Of a stretch of DNA of 64,000 nucleotides, positions 23,897-35,719 are shown in pieces. A model generated the notes under the pieces. The model did not search any database. It worked only from the letters and a program-made list of their open reading frames with translations, and had not been told where the DNA came from. The position numbers and the translations under genes were made by a program. The stretch is from positions 9,610,001 through 9,674,000 of the forward strand of contig NC_058368.1 in assembly GCF_018350175.1 (NCBI RefSeq), written 5' to 3'. The stretch comes from Felis catus. Lineage: Eukaryota. Positions within the stretch are counted from its first letter, which is position 1. Every line of letters begins with the position of its first letter.

Positions 23897-24827
23897 ATGG
23901 GAATGCAAGCTGGTGCAGCCACTCTGGAAAACAGTATGGCAGTTCCTCCAAAAAAAAAACCAGTATGGCGTTGGGGCGCCTGGGTGGCTCAGTCGGTTGA
24001 GCGTCTGACTTTGGCTCAGGTCATGATCTCACAGCTCTGTGAGTTTGAGTCCCACATCGGCCTCTGTGCTGATGGCTTGGAGCCTGGAGCCTGCTTCAGA
24101 TTCTGTGTCTCCCTCTCTCTCTGCCTCTCACCCACTTGCATTCTGTCTCTCTCAAAAATAAATAAGCATTAAAAAAAATAAATAAAAAAAAATAAAAAAC
24201 CCAGTATGGCATAGAACTACCCTACGACCCAGCAACTGCACTACTAGGTATTTATCCAAGAGATACAGGTGTGCTGTTTCAAAGGGGCACATGCACCCCC
24301 ATGTTTAGAGCAGCACTATCAACAATAGCCAAAGTATGGAAAGAGCCCAAACGTCCATCAACTGATGAATGGATAAAGAAGATGTGGCTTATAAAATGGA
24401 GTAGTACTCGGCAATCAGAAAGAATGAAATCTTGCCATTTGCAAGTAATGGATGGAACTAGAGGGCATCATGCTAAGTGAAATTAGCCAGAGAAAGACAA
24501 ATATCATGACTTCACTCCTATGAGGAATTTAAGATACGAAACAGATGAACATAAGGGAAGGGAAGCAAAAATCATATTAAAACAAGGCAGGGGACAAAAC
24601 AGAAGAGACTCTTAAATACAGAGAACAAACTGAGGCTTGCGGGAGGGGTTGTGGGTGGGGAGATGGGCTAAAGGGGTAAAGGGCATTAGGGGGGGACACT
24701 TGTTGGGGTGAGCACTGGGTGTTATAGGGGATGAATCACTGGAATCTACTCCTGAAATAATTATAGCACTACATGCTAACTAACTTGGATGTAAATTTAA
24801 AAATAAATAAGTAAATAAAAGGCAAAA
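23897..24827 (+). mobile_element. Carnivore L1 3' fragment (ORF2 end and 3'UTR), split by a SINE
   Basis: Remnant [35 protein letters not shown]; degenerate TSD agaaggggaagta / agaagtggaagaa. Confidence 0.93.
23973..24199 (+). mobile_element. CAN-SINE inside L1
   Basis: TSD ccagtatggc. Confidence 0.95.
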
Positions 24828-24959
24828 AGAAGTGGAAGAAAAGTTGTACCATGGGGAGAATTTACCTGCTTACAGACCTGGGTAAGTCCAAGGGACCCGG
24901 TGGTGGGCTCTCCTATCCTGGTAAATATGGTAATGTCTAGCACCAGGATAGCAAGATGT

Positions 24960-25373
24960 ACGTGGAATATTACTCGGCAATCAAAAAGAATGAAATCTTG
25001 CCGTTTGCAACAACGTGGATGGAACTAGAATGTATTAGGCTAAGCAAAATAAGCCAGTCAGAGGAAGATAAATACCATATGATTTCACTCACATGTGGAA
25101 TTTAAAAAACAAAACAGAAGAACATAGGGAAAGGGAAGGAAAAATAAGAAAAAAAGAGAGCGGGAGGCAAGCCATAGGAGAACAAATACAGAGAACAAAC
25201 TGAGGGTCACTGGAGGGAAGGTGGGTGGGGCATGGGCTACATGGGTGAGGGGCATTAAGGAGGGCGCTCGTTGGGATGAGCACTGGGGTGACAAATCACT
25301 AAATTCTATTCCTGACACCATTATTACAACATGATAACGACCTTGGATTTAAATGTTTTTAAAAATTAAAAAT
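24960..25373 (+). mobile_element. Carnivore L1 3' fragment
   Basis: tggaatattactcggcaatcaaaaagaatgaaatcttgcc...; TSD ggatagcaagatgt at 24946-24959 and 25374-25387. Confidence 0.93.
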
Positions 25374-25759
25374 GGATAGCAAGATGTGTAAGCACTATAT
25401 TGTCCAGAACTCACCCACTGGTCAAGTGACAAAAGCTGAACTCAACCAAATTGGCTTAGATAAGGAAGGGGGGGACTGGGAGGCAAGGATTTGAATGCCC
25501 TCCGAATTCTTTCTCCCCCTCCTTGTCTCTGCTTTTCTCTGTGAGAGGACTGCATTCTCTCCTCCTACAGAGAGCTCTTCTTCACACAACATGGGAGTCC
25601 ACCTCACTGGGTTCGCAGTCGAACGACTCCGCGACCAGAGAAGAGACGGTTCTTTGGCGAGGCCCTGTGAGGAACGTCCAGCATTGGGACTCTGTTGGGT
25701 GACATCCATGTCTACACCAGTCATTATAACCAAGAGGCCAGCTGTGCTTACGTAGTCTC

Positions 25760-25905
25760 CCTAAGCCTCACTTCCCTCATCTTTAAGACAGGGAAAATGT
25801 CAACACCGGCCACAAAGTGTTGCTGTGAAGGTTGAAATAAACTAAATGAGACAGTGTATATCAAGTCCTGAAGCCTGTACTGGGCACATAGTGACGGTTC
25901 ACAAA
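25760..25905 (+). mobile_element. MIR
   Basis: cctaagcctcacttccctcatctttaag...ctgggcacatagt. Confidence 0.7.
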
Positions 25906-25991
25906 GTCCATTGCCTGTTTCGGCAATCGTTAATGCTCTGTGATCTGCTCAACATGGAGACCAAACCACAATGATCTGGTCTTCCATTCTT

Positions 25992-26226
25992 TTTTTTTTT
26001 TTTTTTTTATACATTTTTTTTTTCAACGTTTATTTATTTTTGGGACAGAGAGAGACGGAGCATGAACGGGGGAGGGGCAGAGAGAGAGGGAGACACAGAA
26101 TCAGAAACAGGCTCCAGGCTCTGAGCCATCAGCCCAGAGCCTGACGCGGGGCTTGAACTCCCGGACCGCGAGATCGTGACCTGGCTGAAGTCGGACGCTT
26201 AACCGACTGCGCCACCCAGGCGCCCC
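25992..26226 (-). mobile_element. Very young feline CAN-SINE
   Basis: Perfect TSD tctggtcttccattctt at 25975-25991 and 26227-26243. Confidence 0.97.
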
Positions 26227-26758
26227 TCTGGTCTTCCATTCTTGCCGACGCTCCCGCATTCCTACAGCCAGACTGGAATTCTGTTGAATCACATACACAA
26301 AACCATGCATTCTGGAAGGTGTGGGAGGGTCAACAAAGGCCAAAACCAGAATCGCATAGTTTAGGACTTAAAGGAACTCCTTGATATTGCAGATAATAAA
26401 ACCGTACCCTTACCTGGCTAGGTATAGGCAGCAGGCGCAAATTGGTGCCTAAATCCTGTCATGGAGAGCTTGCCCACGGAATCCGCAGGCTGGAAAACTA
26501 GTTTCAGCAGCTGTGGATTTGCTTCAAGGCCTGTTTCTTCCATCTGTAAAATCGGGATAGTGTTATTCCCCTTCTACTCCCACACTAGGGTGTGGTGGGA
26601 CTTAATGAGGCGCTGTTGGTAAAATGCTTTGGGCTGGGCTAAAGAAAGTGCTGTGCAAGCACTCACATTATCACACGGACCCTTGGTGGTCATGCGTGTT
26701 TGGAATAAGAAGTTGGTTGGCACCACTTCAGAGAACTGCTAAGAAATGTAGATATACT

Positions 26759-26919
26759 GGGGCGGCTGGATGGCTCGGTCGGTTAAGCGTCCGACTTTGG
26801 CTCAGGTCATGATCTTGCGGTTCACGGGTTCGAGCCCCGCATCAGGCTCTGTGCTGACAGCTCAGAGCCTGGAGCCTGCTTCCGATTCTGTGTCTCCCTC
26901 TCTCTCTGCCTCTCTCCCA

Positions 26920-26951
<32 letters not shown>

Positions 26952-26984
26952 GAAATAAATAAACACTAAAAAAAAAAAAGAAGA
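26759..26984 (+). mobile_element. CAN-SINE
   Basis: TSD aagaaatgtagatatact. Confidence 0.95.
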
Positions 26985-27324
26985 AAGAAATGTAGATATA
27001 CTAAATGGTCTTCAAGACTAAAACTAAATCAGAACAGAAAGGTTGGCCAACTCACTACCCTGTCCTAGTAAGACCTCATGCCTAATCGTGTTGACATGAC
27101 TTCCCTCGGAGTACTACCCATGGGGACTGATGACCTCCCCACACCTTATTTGAGCTTAACTTTTCTTTTTGCCCCTCAAATCAAGCATCATTTCCTTCGA
27201 ATGAAGTGTCATCCTTTCTTCTGCATGTGAATCCTGCATGGATTACCATTGTGTTAATAATATACGAGTCACATGTCAATAAAACTTGGGGAAAACCCCA
27301 ATATATGAGGAAAGGTAATTATGT

Positions 27325-28218
27325 GCAGCTAGTGGCTCATGAAAACTGATTGTGAAATTTGTAGGAATTTTTTGAGCCGGTTGTGAAATGCAGCCAGTTT
27401 AAAAACTAAATTACATATGCCTAAAATATTTTAAATTATATTAAAAACAAACCTAACAAACTCTCCGCACTTACTATTCATAGTAATTTTACAATTATCT
27501 ACTCTGTTGAGGTCATTTAGGTCTACTGTTCACAGCTACTGTGCCCACACGGCGGAAATACAGATAGTCCCCAACTGACAACGTTTCGATGTAAGATTTC
27601 TTGATGTTATGACGGTGTAAACGCAATTCTCATCTGATAGAAGCCAGGCTTCAGATTTTGAATTTTGATCTTTTCCTGGCTTAGCGATACGCAGTACAAT
27701 CCTCTCTCCTGACGTTGGGCAGAAGAAGCTCCCAGTCAACCCCGCGATCACGACAGCCAACCACCCATACGCTGGCAACCATTCGGTCCCCAGACAACCG
27801 TTCTGATTTTCACTTTCTGTACAGTATTCAGTAAGTTCCATTATATATTCAATGTTTCTTATAAAACAGGCTTTGTGTTCAACGATTTTGCCCGCTGTAG
27901 GCTCATGTAAGAGTTCTGAGCACATTTAAGGCAGGCTAAGCTATGCTGTGAGGACCAGTAGGTGAGGTGCATTAAATGCATTTTCAACTTACAGTGGGTT
28001 TACCAGGCTGTAACCCCACTGTAAAGTCAAGGCAGATCTGTATTATATAATGATATGCAACTTTGCATTTCTTCCCATCTGCATGTTCAGCGATGTCCTT
28101 TCGGTAGCTTGAAATTAGCCACAGTAGGAGTATTTATACCACAGAAACTGGACTGCTACAAATCAGGGCTCCCCCTCCCCCCAAAAGCCAGTTGCCAAAC
28201 ACTTAGAAGCACACCCTG
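27325..28218 (+). mobile_element. MER63-like hAT element, split by a Tigger
   Basis: ggaattttttgagccggttgtgaaa; ggtagcttgaaattagcc; gctacaaatcagggct; ends gccagttgccaaacacttagaagcacaccctg. Confidence 0.75.
27561..28040 (-). mobile_element. Tigger-family (MER47/Tigger5-like) non-autonomous element
   Basis: cagat...atctg termini with TA duplication (27559-60, 28041-42); gagttctgagcacatttaaggcaggctaagctatg. Confidence 0.8.
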
Positions 28219-28221
28219 TCT

Positions 28222-29480
28222 AGACCCATAAGGACAAGGAGAAGACAGGCGCAAAAACGACAGCAAACAAAACACGCAAGAATCTTCTGGAAACGAAAAA
28301 AGCAGACGAATAAGAGGTAATTAATTTAGCAGAGAAGACAAAGCCAACACCAAGGCCACAGAAAAGGGAAGCCTGTAAGAAGCAAACTAGCTACACCACA
28401 GAACCTCACAAAGAAACAGAAATCGGTTCCCTCTGTTGCCGAACGTGGGCGCAGGTGTGCGGAAATTTGTGGAAGGGGCACTGAGGCTCCCCACGGTTTT
28501 TCCTGCACCTGTGCAGCCGGACCACTGCCCCTGCCCAGCCCTGGGAGAAAAGGTTGAATCAGAGATCATCTGCACCGTGGGCACAACGGAGGGCTGGCAT
28601 GTGACTGACACACTACCAAAACGAGGTTAAATGACAGTGTGCATTTTAGATTGTAAGATTCCACAGTCCCCTTCACCCTCTTGGCTCCCAGGACACTGGC
28701 AATGAGGCTTATACTCCACAGGCAAAAGAACAGATGATCCGGTTCTGGGGAAGCCAACCAGTCCAAGGGAGAAGACTTACGGAGACCAATCCAGCAGGAT
28801 TCCCCCAGTGAAGCATCCAGATCACTGCAGAGTCACGGACAGGGAGCCCTCTGGTCCAGAAGCTTCGCCCACGCACACGTCCCTTTAGTGGCAGCAGTAT
28901 ATCGCCAGACATTGGAGGGAAGCCTCTCACATGAAGAAAAATTCGTTCCAAGGTCTAGTAATACATTCAGACAAGCTATCGAGCGCCACAGTAGACTAAA
29001 GACATTTACAAGGTCTCCAAACATTTACCTGCCACAGGCCTTTCTCAGGAAGATGTGCTCCAACAAAACAAAGAACGGACCAAGAAAGAAGACAGGAGCT
29101 CCGGGGAAACAGAAGATCCAACAGAGAAAAGAAGAAAAGAGAAATCCCAGGACGATGTGGAAGGGACACTCTGAGATGGCAAGTGGGGTAGGCCCAGGAG
29201 AACCCGGCGCTGAGTTTGGAGCAGGAAGACAGCCCGGGGGGGGGGGGTCCCCACGGGGAAGGAATTGCAACTGAGAGATTGCCGATGCGTTCACCACACT
29301 GGGGAGAGCCTGGGGATGAATTACTCATAAATACCCCCCCCAAAACTACACAGTTAAATAGACCAGGCAGTTATTAGCTCCAAAAGGGAAAAGACGTAAT
29401 ACAAGAGCAGAAATGTAATTATAGTACACTGTGAACAATATTAACACAGTTAAAATAACGTATATACTGATCGGTGATTT
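28222..29480 (+). mobile_element. HAL1-like ancient L1 relative
   Basis: cctttctcaggaagatgtgctccaacaaaac...aatcccaggacgatg; shares motifs with 57870-59420. Confidence 0.65.
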
Positions 29481-29499
29481 AGCCAGACATTGTGATGTC

Positions 29500-29932
29500 C
29501 CCTAATTCACGAGATTCTACAATGCACATATTTTTCACATTTGAACATCCTGAAAAGCAAACTGAATCTTGTAGTCAACGTGATAAAGTATGGGATCAGG
29601 GGCTCCTGGGTGGTTCAGTGGGTGAAGCGTCTGACTCTTGGTTTCGGCTCACTCGCGATCTCATGGTTTGTGAGATGGAGCCCCAGGTAGGGGTCTGTGA
29701 TGACAGCATGGAGCCCCCTTGGGATTCCCTCTCCCCCTTCTCTCTCTGCCCCTCCCCCATGCACAGGCATGCACTCTCTCTCTCTCTCTCAAAATAAATA
29801 AATAAACAGACATTAATTTGGTTTTGAAGTATTGGATCATAGTGTCATTGAAAGCACTTTTGTTCTTTTGTAGTGACTCATAAATAATGCTCCATCGTAT
29901 AATGGATGGCATCTAGGATGAGAAGAAATACA
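29500..29932. mobile_element. MER104/Kanga-like TcMar fragment, split by a SINE
   Basis: gattctacaatgcacatatttttcacatttgaacatc...gatggcatctaggatgagaagaaata. Confidence 0.55.
29599..29810 (+). mobile_element. CAN-SINE
   Basis: TSD aagtatgggatca / aagtattggatca. Confidence 0.92.
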
Positions 29933-30039
29933 GGACCTCTGTTGGGAAGTGAGGGAGAAGTTGGGGTACCTGTGTCTGGGGGGAGGACGAAAGGGCTAAA
30001 ACCTCATCTTGCACAGAAATAAGTCAGCGGATGATTTCT

Positions 30040-30272
30040 TTCTGGTTTTGTGTTTTGTTTTGTTTTTAGTTAATTTGTTCATTTTGAGAGCGAGAAAATG
30101 CACAAGAGGGGGAGGGGCACAGAGAGAGGCGGACAGAGAGAGGGGGCAGAGGATCCGCAGCGGGCTCTAGTGCTGACCGCAGCGAGCCCAACGCAGGGCC
30201 TGAACTCACGAATGTAAGATCCTGACCTGAGCGCCGTCTGACGCTTAACTGGCTGAGCCACCCAGGTGCCCC
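30040..30272 (-). mobile_element. CAN-SINE
   Basis: TSD gcggatgatttct / gcgggtgatctct. Confidence 0.92.
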
Positions 30273-30639
30273 AGGCGGCGGGTGATCTCTAAAATTAACA
30301 AAGATACAGCTTTATAAGCATATTATCCAGCAATGATCGCTGCGCATACCTGGAGTACAACTAAGATCATAGACAGCTGTTGGCTCCGGGAATCAATAAA
30401 TGGAGAGAAGAATGGGGGGGGGGGGGAGACTACTGTGTTGTGATTTCTTTATGCGCCTCGTAAACATACGAATTTTAAAACTCTTTATACATGGACCGAA
30501 AGTGAAAGTACTATGTGTAGAAATCAAAGGAATGAGATGAAGCTCTCCACTTCAAGCCTTCCCCCGGCACAAGTTTTCAGACTGGGAAAATCAAAAGGGA
30601 TCTTTAAGGTCTCCCCCTCAGGATGAAGGGTCTAAGGGT

Positions 30640-31620
30640 CTAATCCGGCCCCCCTCTCGTGCGTGGTCCAGGCTGGTCTGGTTTGCAAGGCGCCTGGGGG
30701 GCTGGGGGGGGGGGTAGGGGGACGCGCACCTGGTTTCACAGGCCCCCACTCGCCTCCCGCCTTAGGAAACTCAGCCACCTGATTTTTCACGCTCGGGAGA
30801 TGAGCTGGCTGGCCTTGGGTGAAAGTGGAAACCGCGGCGCACACGACACATTTTTCACAAGCTCGTGTTACCTCGAGCCCTTGAGAATGAGAAAGGAAGC
30901 TGGCGGTTTGGCAGGTGTGGAAGCCCTTTCCCACAGACATCTGTCAGTGGTTCTGGAAGCCCAGGCCCCTCCTCTTTACGCAGGAAGAGCCCCGGATTCC
31001 CGGGCTGAGGCATCCGGTCCGCCGGCACGTTGCAGCTGCTTGTCACCGGGGAAGGCGAGGGGGAGAAAGCCGGAGAGGGGTTCCTGCTGGTGAAGCAAGA
31101 CGTGCCTCCGCTTCCGAGGTCAGACGGGAGCTCCTTCGGGCAGAGGGGCGCCTGGCCGCGCCCGCGGGACGCTCGGGCACCGCCTGCCTCGGCAGGAGGG
31201 AGAACGAACGTGCGCGATTCTGCCAGGCTGCAAGAGGCCACCGGTGCCAGCCGTGATTCGGCACAAGCACGTTGGGGCAGCGCCAGGCGGCGGGGGAGGC
31301 GCCCGGGACCACCGGCTCTTTCCCCACCCCCACCGGGACGGCGTCCAGCCGCTGCGAACTGCGGCAGCCACACCACGTGCTCACGTGGGAACGATTCCGC
31401 ACCGGGTGGTAAACAGCCACGGCCGCGGCCCCGGCCCCTCCCCTGGCTGCCCCACCCCCACCCCCACCCCCGCTGCAGCCGAATTGGAACGTATGGACCA
31501 GCAGAGGGCCTCCCGGAGCCGGCGCTGGAAGCCGGGCTCTGATTGGTCAGGCCCGCCGGTTAAATATTTTAAATAGCACTCCCTGCCACCAGATCGCCCA
31601 GCCAGAGGCCAGAAAGCCGG
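30640..31620. promoter_or_regulatory. CpG island (orphan promoter or enhancer candidate)
   Basis: High GC with abundant unmutated CpG, densest ~30990-31560; tandem CACGTG, GTAAACA, CACCC boxes, CTCF-like core, CCAAT box. Confidence 0.75.
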
Positions 31621-33214
31621 CTTCCTGCAGAAAGCCCTCCACCTTCCCCTCCGTGCCTCCGTTTCTCCCTAGCCCGGAATCTGCCAGCTTAGGACACCTG
31701 GGAGTGTCTTTTGCAGCAAAATGGCTTTTCCTCTGTGCCAGCAGAGAAGCCCCTTAACTCATTCCCCTGGGGACCTTGATGCTCCGGACTGCAAGGAAAT
31801 TTTCCTATGTGCCGCTTCCTTTTACTTCCCTAACTTGTTTACCCCGATGAAATTAGGTTAACACGGTCGGGGAGAGCAGCCTAAAAGGGGAAAATAAAGT
31901 TACCGTAGGCAGAAGGGCAGCGTCAGGGCCACGTACTGACGGGGAGAAACAGCCAGGGCCAGGGTGACGTGCACAGCGCTGCTTTGCTGGAGGCCTCTGA
32001 ATACCCACGTTCTTTAATCCTGGCTGCCCGAGGCCCCCTTTGCCTCTGCCTTCCCACCTCTGTCAGGGGCCATTCTGGTTTCCAGCCCCTGCGGGAGAGG
32101 GATCCCCTGGGCCCCGTGTAGGGCCCAGGCTAGGAGACTCCTGGCCCTAAGGATGTTCTGGATCCTCTTACATAGCTAAGGGGAGAGGACTTCCCTTTCC
32201 CCAGAGCGGGACGTTTAACTGGTCTCTTACCCGCTGGTGGAGGCAGGTTCAGGTGTTATCAGTCAAAGAAGAAGCCCCAGGTCCCCAGGCTCAGTGAGGG
32301 CTCTAGTCCAAGGGTACCCCACAAATAGTCTTTGGCACTCACGGGTGTGCCTTATGAGCTGGAAATAGTCCGGTCTCTTGCATCTATCTCTATAGAAAAC
32401 ATTCTCATCTTTCAAAATGACAAGGCTTGGGACAATTGAGCAAAATGGTCATTTTTGCTTTTGCTTTTCGTTTTGCTTGTTTTTATGTGCAATCAAAGGC
32501 AGCCTGCAGAGTGGAAAGGGGCAGCCCAGTAAGGATGACACAGAAGACAGAGTAAGTCCTTAATCCTTCTGGCTGAGGTCACCTCTTCCTGGAATGAGAA
32601 AAATAGTTGCTGACCGCCTTCCTCAAAGAATTGTCGTGAGTGGCACCTTCAATCCAGTTGCGAAATGCCTTAAAAAGTATAAAGGAGCCATGTGAACGTA
32701 AGCGATACTGGTTTTCTGTCTTGTTCCAGCAAATTCGTGACTGTGCGTAGGGAACATTCATGCGGTAAAGTCAGGCCATCAACGCTTAGCAAAGCTTGCC
32801 TTTTCATACGCAGGCTCAGTTCCCTCTTGGTCCATATCCCACTCAAGGTCCTTCCCTCCCCCAGATACCCACTGTGACATACCCTCACCAGGTAGCCACT
32901 AAGCTCCCACTGAGTGCTCAGGACAGGGTCTCCCCGGGCAGGGGTGCGTGTCTGGGAGCCCTCTCTCCCAAGCCCCACCCTCCTGCTGCACCTCAGCGGG
33001 CGGTTATGGGTCTGCCGGGAGCAGGGCGCTAAGATGACAGGGGCAGAACCGATGGAAATAAGAGCTTGTTTCACCTGGAAAAGAGGCAACCAGTTGAAGG
33101 GGCCCTGGGAGAGGTCTTGAAAGGCCTGCTGCAGCAGAAAAAAAGATGAAAGTATTTTGTACAGTTTTAGAGGTAGAACCGGGTGGGCCCTGTCCTAGGA
33201 GTTAAGAGGTCAGA

Positions 33215-34225
33215 TTTTTTTTTAAGCCATCTTAACCATTTTGAAATGTACAATTCAGTACCATTAAGTATATTCACATTGTTGCACAACAGATCTCGAG
33301 AACTTTTTCATCTTGCCAAACTGACCCTCTCCCCGCGAAACGTGAATTTCCCCTGCCCATCCCCCAGCCCTTGGCAACCATCTTTCTCTTTTCTGTTTTT
33401 ATCGTTTTGACTGCTTTAGACACTTCACGTGAGCGGAGTCACACCGTCCCCATCTTTTTGTGACCGACTTATTTCTCTTAGCATAACGTGCGTAAGGTTC
33501 ATCCATGCGGTAGCATTGTGTGAGGATTTCCTTCTTTTTTAAGGCTGCGTAATATTTCACTGTGTGTATATACCATATGTCATTTGTTTCATTTGTTCAT
33601 CGGCGTGTGGGTCATTTCCTGTTGGTCATCGTGAATAATGGTCTAAGGAACATAAACGTACAACTCTCTCTTTGAAATCCTGCTTTGAATTCTTTTGGAT
33701 ATATACCCAGAAGTGGGATTGCTAGATCATATGGTAATTTTATTTTTAATTTTTTTAGGAACTTCCATACTGTTTTCCATATGGCTGCACCATTTTACAT
33801 TCCTACCCACAGTGCACAGGGTTCCAATTTCTCTGCCTCCTTGCCAACAATTGTTATTTTCTTTCCTTTTGATAATGGTCCTCCTAATGGGCCTGCGGTG
33901 ATATCTCATTGTAATTTTGATTTACATATTTCTGATGATTAAGGATATTGAGCATGTTTTTATATACTTGTTATCATCTGAATATCTTCTTCAGAGAATA
34001 GCCTATTCGGGTCCATTGCCCATTTTTTAATCAGGTTATTTGGGGGTTTTGTTGTTAATGTACGGAAGTTCCTTATACATTTTTGTTTTTAATCCCTTAT
34101 CACATACATGATTTGCCAATATTTTCTCCCATTCTGTGGGTTGCTTTTCATTCTTGTTTCCTTTGATGCACAGAGGTTTTTAAGCTTGATATCGTCTCAT
34201 TTGCCTATTTTTGTTTTTGTTGCCT
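33215..34225 (-). mobile_element. L1MA/L1MB 3' region
   Basis: attaagtatattcacattgttgcacaac; ggatatatacccagaagtgggattgctagatcatatgg; aatattttctcccattctgtggg. Confidence 0.92.
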
Positions 34226-34235
34226 AAGAAGAAAT

Positions 34236-34668
34236 ATTTTTTTCTTTTCAAATTTTTATTTAAATTCTAGTTAGTTAGGGGCGCCTGGGTGGCGCAGTCG
34301 GTTAAGCGTCCGACTTCAGCCAGGTCACGATCTCGCGGTCCGTGAGTTCGAGCCCCGCGTCGGGCTCTGGGCTGATGGCTCAGAGCCTGGAGCCTGTTTC
34401 CGATTCTGTGTCTCCCTCTCTCTCTGCTCCTCCCCCGTTCATGCTCTGTCTCTCTCTGTCCCAAAAATAAATAAACGTTAAAAAAAAACAAATTTAAATT
34501 CTAGTTAGTTAACATACGATGCAGTATTGATTTCAGGAGTAGAATCCAGTGATCATCACTTACATACAACACTCCGTGCTCATCACAACAAGTGCCCTCC
34601 TTAATGCCCATCCCCCCCCTCTCCCATCCCCCACGCACCTCCCTCCATCAACCATCAGTTTGTTCTCT
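34236..34668 (-). mobile_element. Carnivore L1 3'UTR end, split by a SINE
   Basis: ttcaggagtagaatccagtgat...caagtgccctccttaatgcccatc; flanked by taagaaga on both sides. Confidence 0.85.
34278..34492 (+). mobile_element. Very young feline CAN-SINE
   Basis: Perfect TSD tttaaattctagttagtta at 34259-34277 and 34493-34511. Confidence 0.97.
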
Positions 34669-34689
34669 GTAAGAAGACCTATTTTTAAA

Positions 34690-34914
34690 GAAGTTTTTGT
34701 GTATAAATATTGATTGATTTTGAGAGAGAGAGGGAGCACACGTGCACACGAGTCGGGGAGGAGTCGTGAGAGGTGGGGAGAGAGAGAGAATCCGAAGCAG
34801 GCTCCGTGCTGTCAGCACAGAGCCCAATTCAGGGCTCGATCTCATGAACTGTGAGATGATGGCCTGAGCCAAAAATCAAGAGGAGGAGGGTTAACTGACT
34901 GAGTCGCCCAGGCA
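34690..34914 (-). mobile_element. CAN-SINE
   Basis: Reverse linker and head. Confidence 0.9.
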
Positions 34915-35264
34915 CTCAGTTGATATATTTACAAGGTACAACATTTCAAAAGAGAAAGGGAGGCAGGTAGAGATAAGAGACATGTACATACACATACAAA
35001 CATACCTAGATATATTCATATACATATGCACATAAAATTCTCCCATCCATCCAACACCCAGCCTCACAATTTTCTCTCTCAAAGGCAACCAGTTGCCAGT
35101 ATCTTTCCAGATAAAACCTAAACATATATTTGTGTCTACCCTCCTTTTTGAATTGTATAAATGTGATATGTGTTATTGAGCCCCTTCCTTTTCCTCATGA
35201 ATCAGCATGGCCGGGGTCAGAAGAACCAATATAAAGCCTTCCCTGTCAGCATTTGAAAACAGTT

Positions 35265-35488
35265 TTATTAAAAAAATTTTTTGTTAATGTTTATTTATTT
35301 GTAAGAGAGAGAGAGACAGAGTGCAAGTGGGGGAGGGGCAGAGAGAGAGGGAGACACAGAATCTGAAGCAGGCTCCAGGCTCCGAGCTGTCAGCACAGAG
35401 CCCGACGCGGGGCCTGAACCCACAAACGGTGAGATCAGGACCTGAGCCGAAGTTGGACGCCTAACCGACTGAGCCACCCAGGCGCCCC
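35265..35488 (-). mobile_element. CAN-SINE
   Basis: Reverse head ends at 35488. Confidence 0.95.
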
Positions 35489-35500
35489 AAAAATAGTTTC

Positions 35501-35719
35501 TTTTTTTTTAAATTTTTTTTTTAATGTTTATTTTTGAGACAGAGAGACAGAGCATGAACGGGGGAGGGGCAGAGAGAGAGGGAGACACAGAATCAGAAGC
35601 AGGCTCCAGGCTCTGAGCCATCAGCCCAGAGCCCGACGCGGGGCTCGAACTCACGGACCGTGAGATCGTGACCTGAGCTGAAGTCGGACGCTCAACCGAC
35701 TGAGCCACCCAGGCGCCCC
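35501..35719 (-). mobile_element. Young CAN-SINE
   Basis: TSD aaatagtttc. Confidence 0.95.

Noticed and set aside
30632..31576. Several overlapping 100-170 aa ORFs in the CpG island
   Set aside because: Expected in stop-poor GC-rich DNA; Arg/Pro/Gly-rich in all frames with no domain
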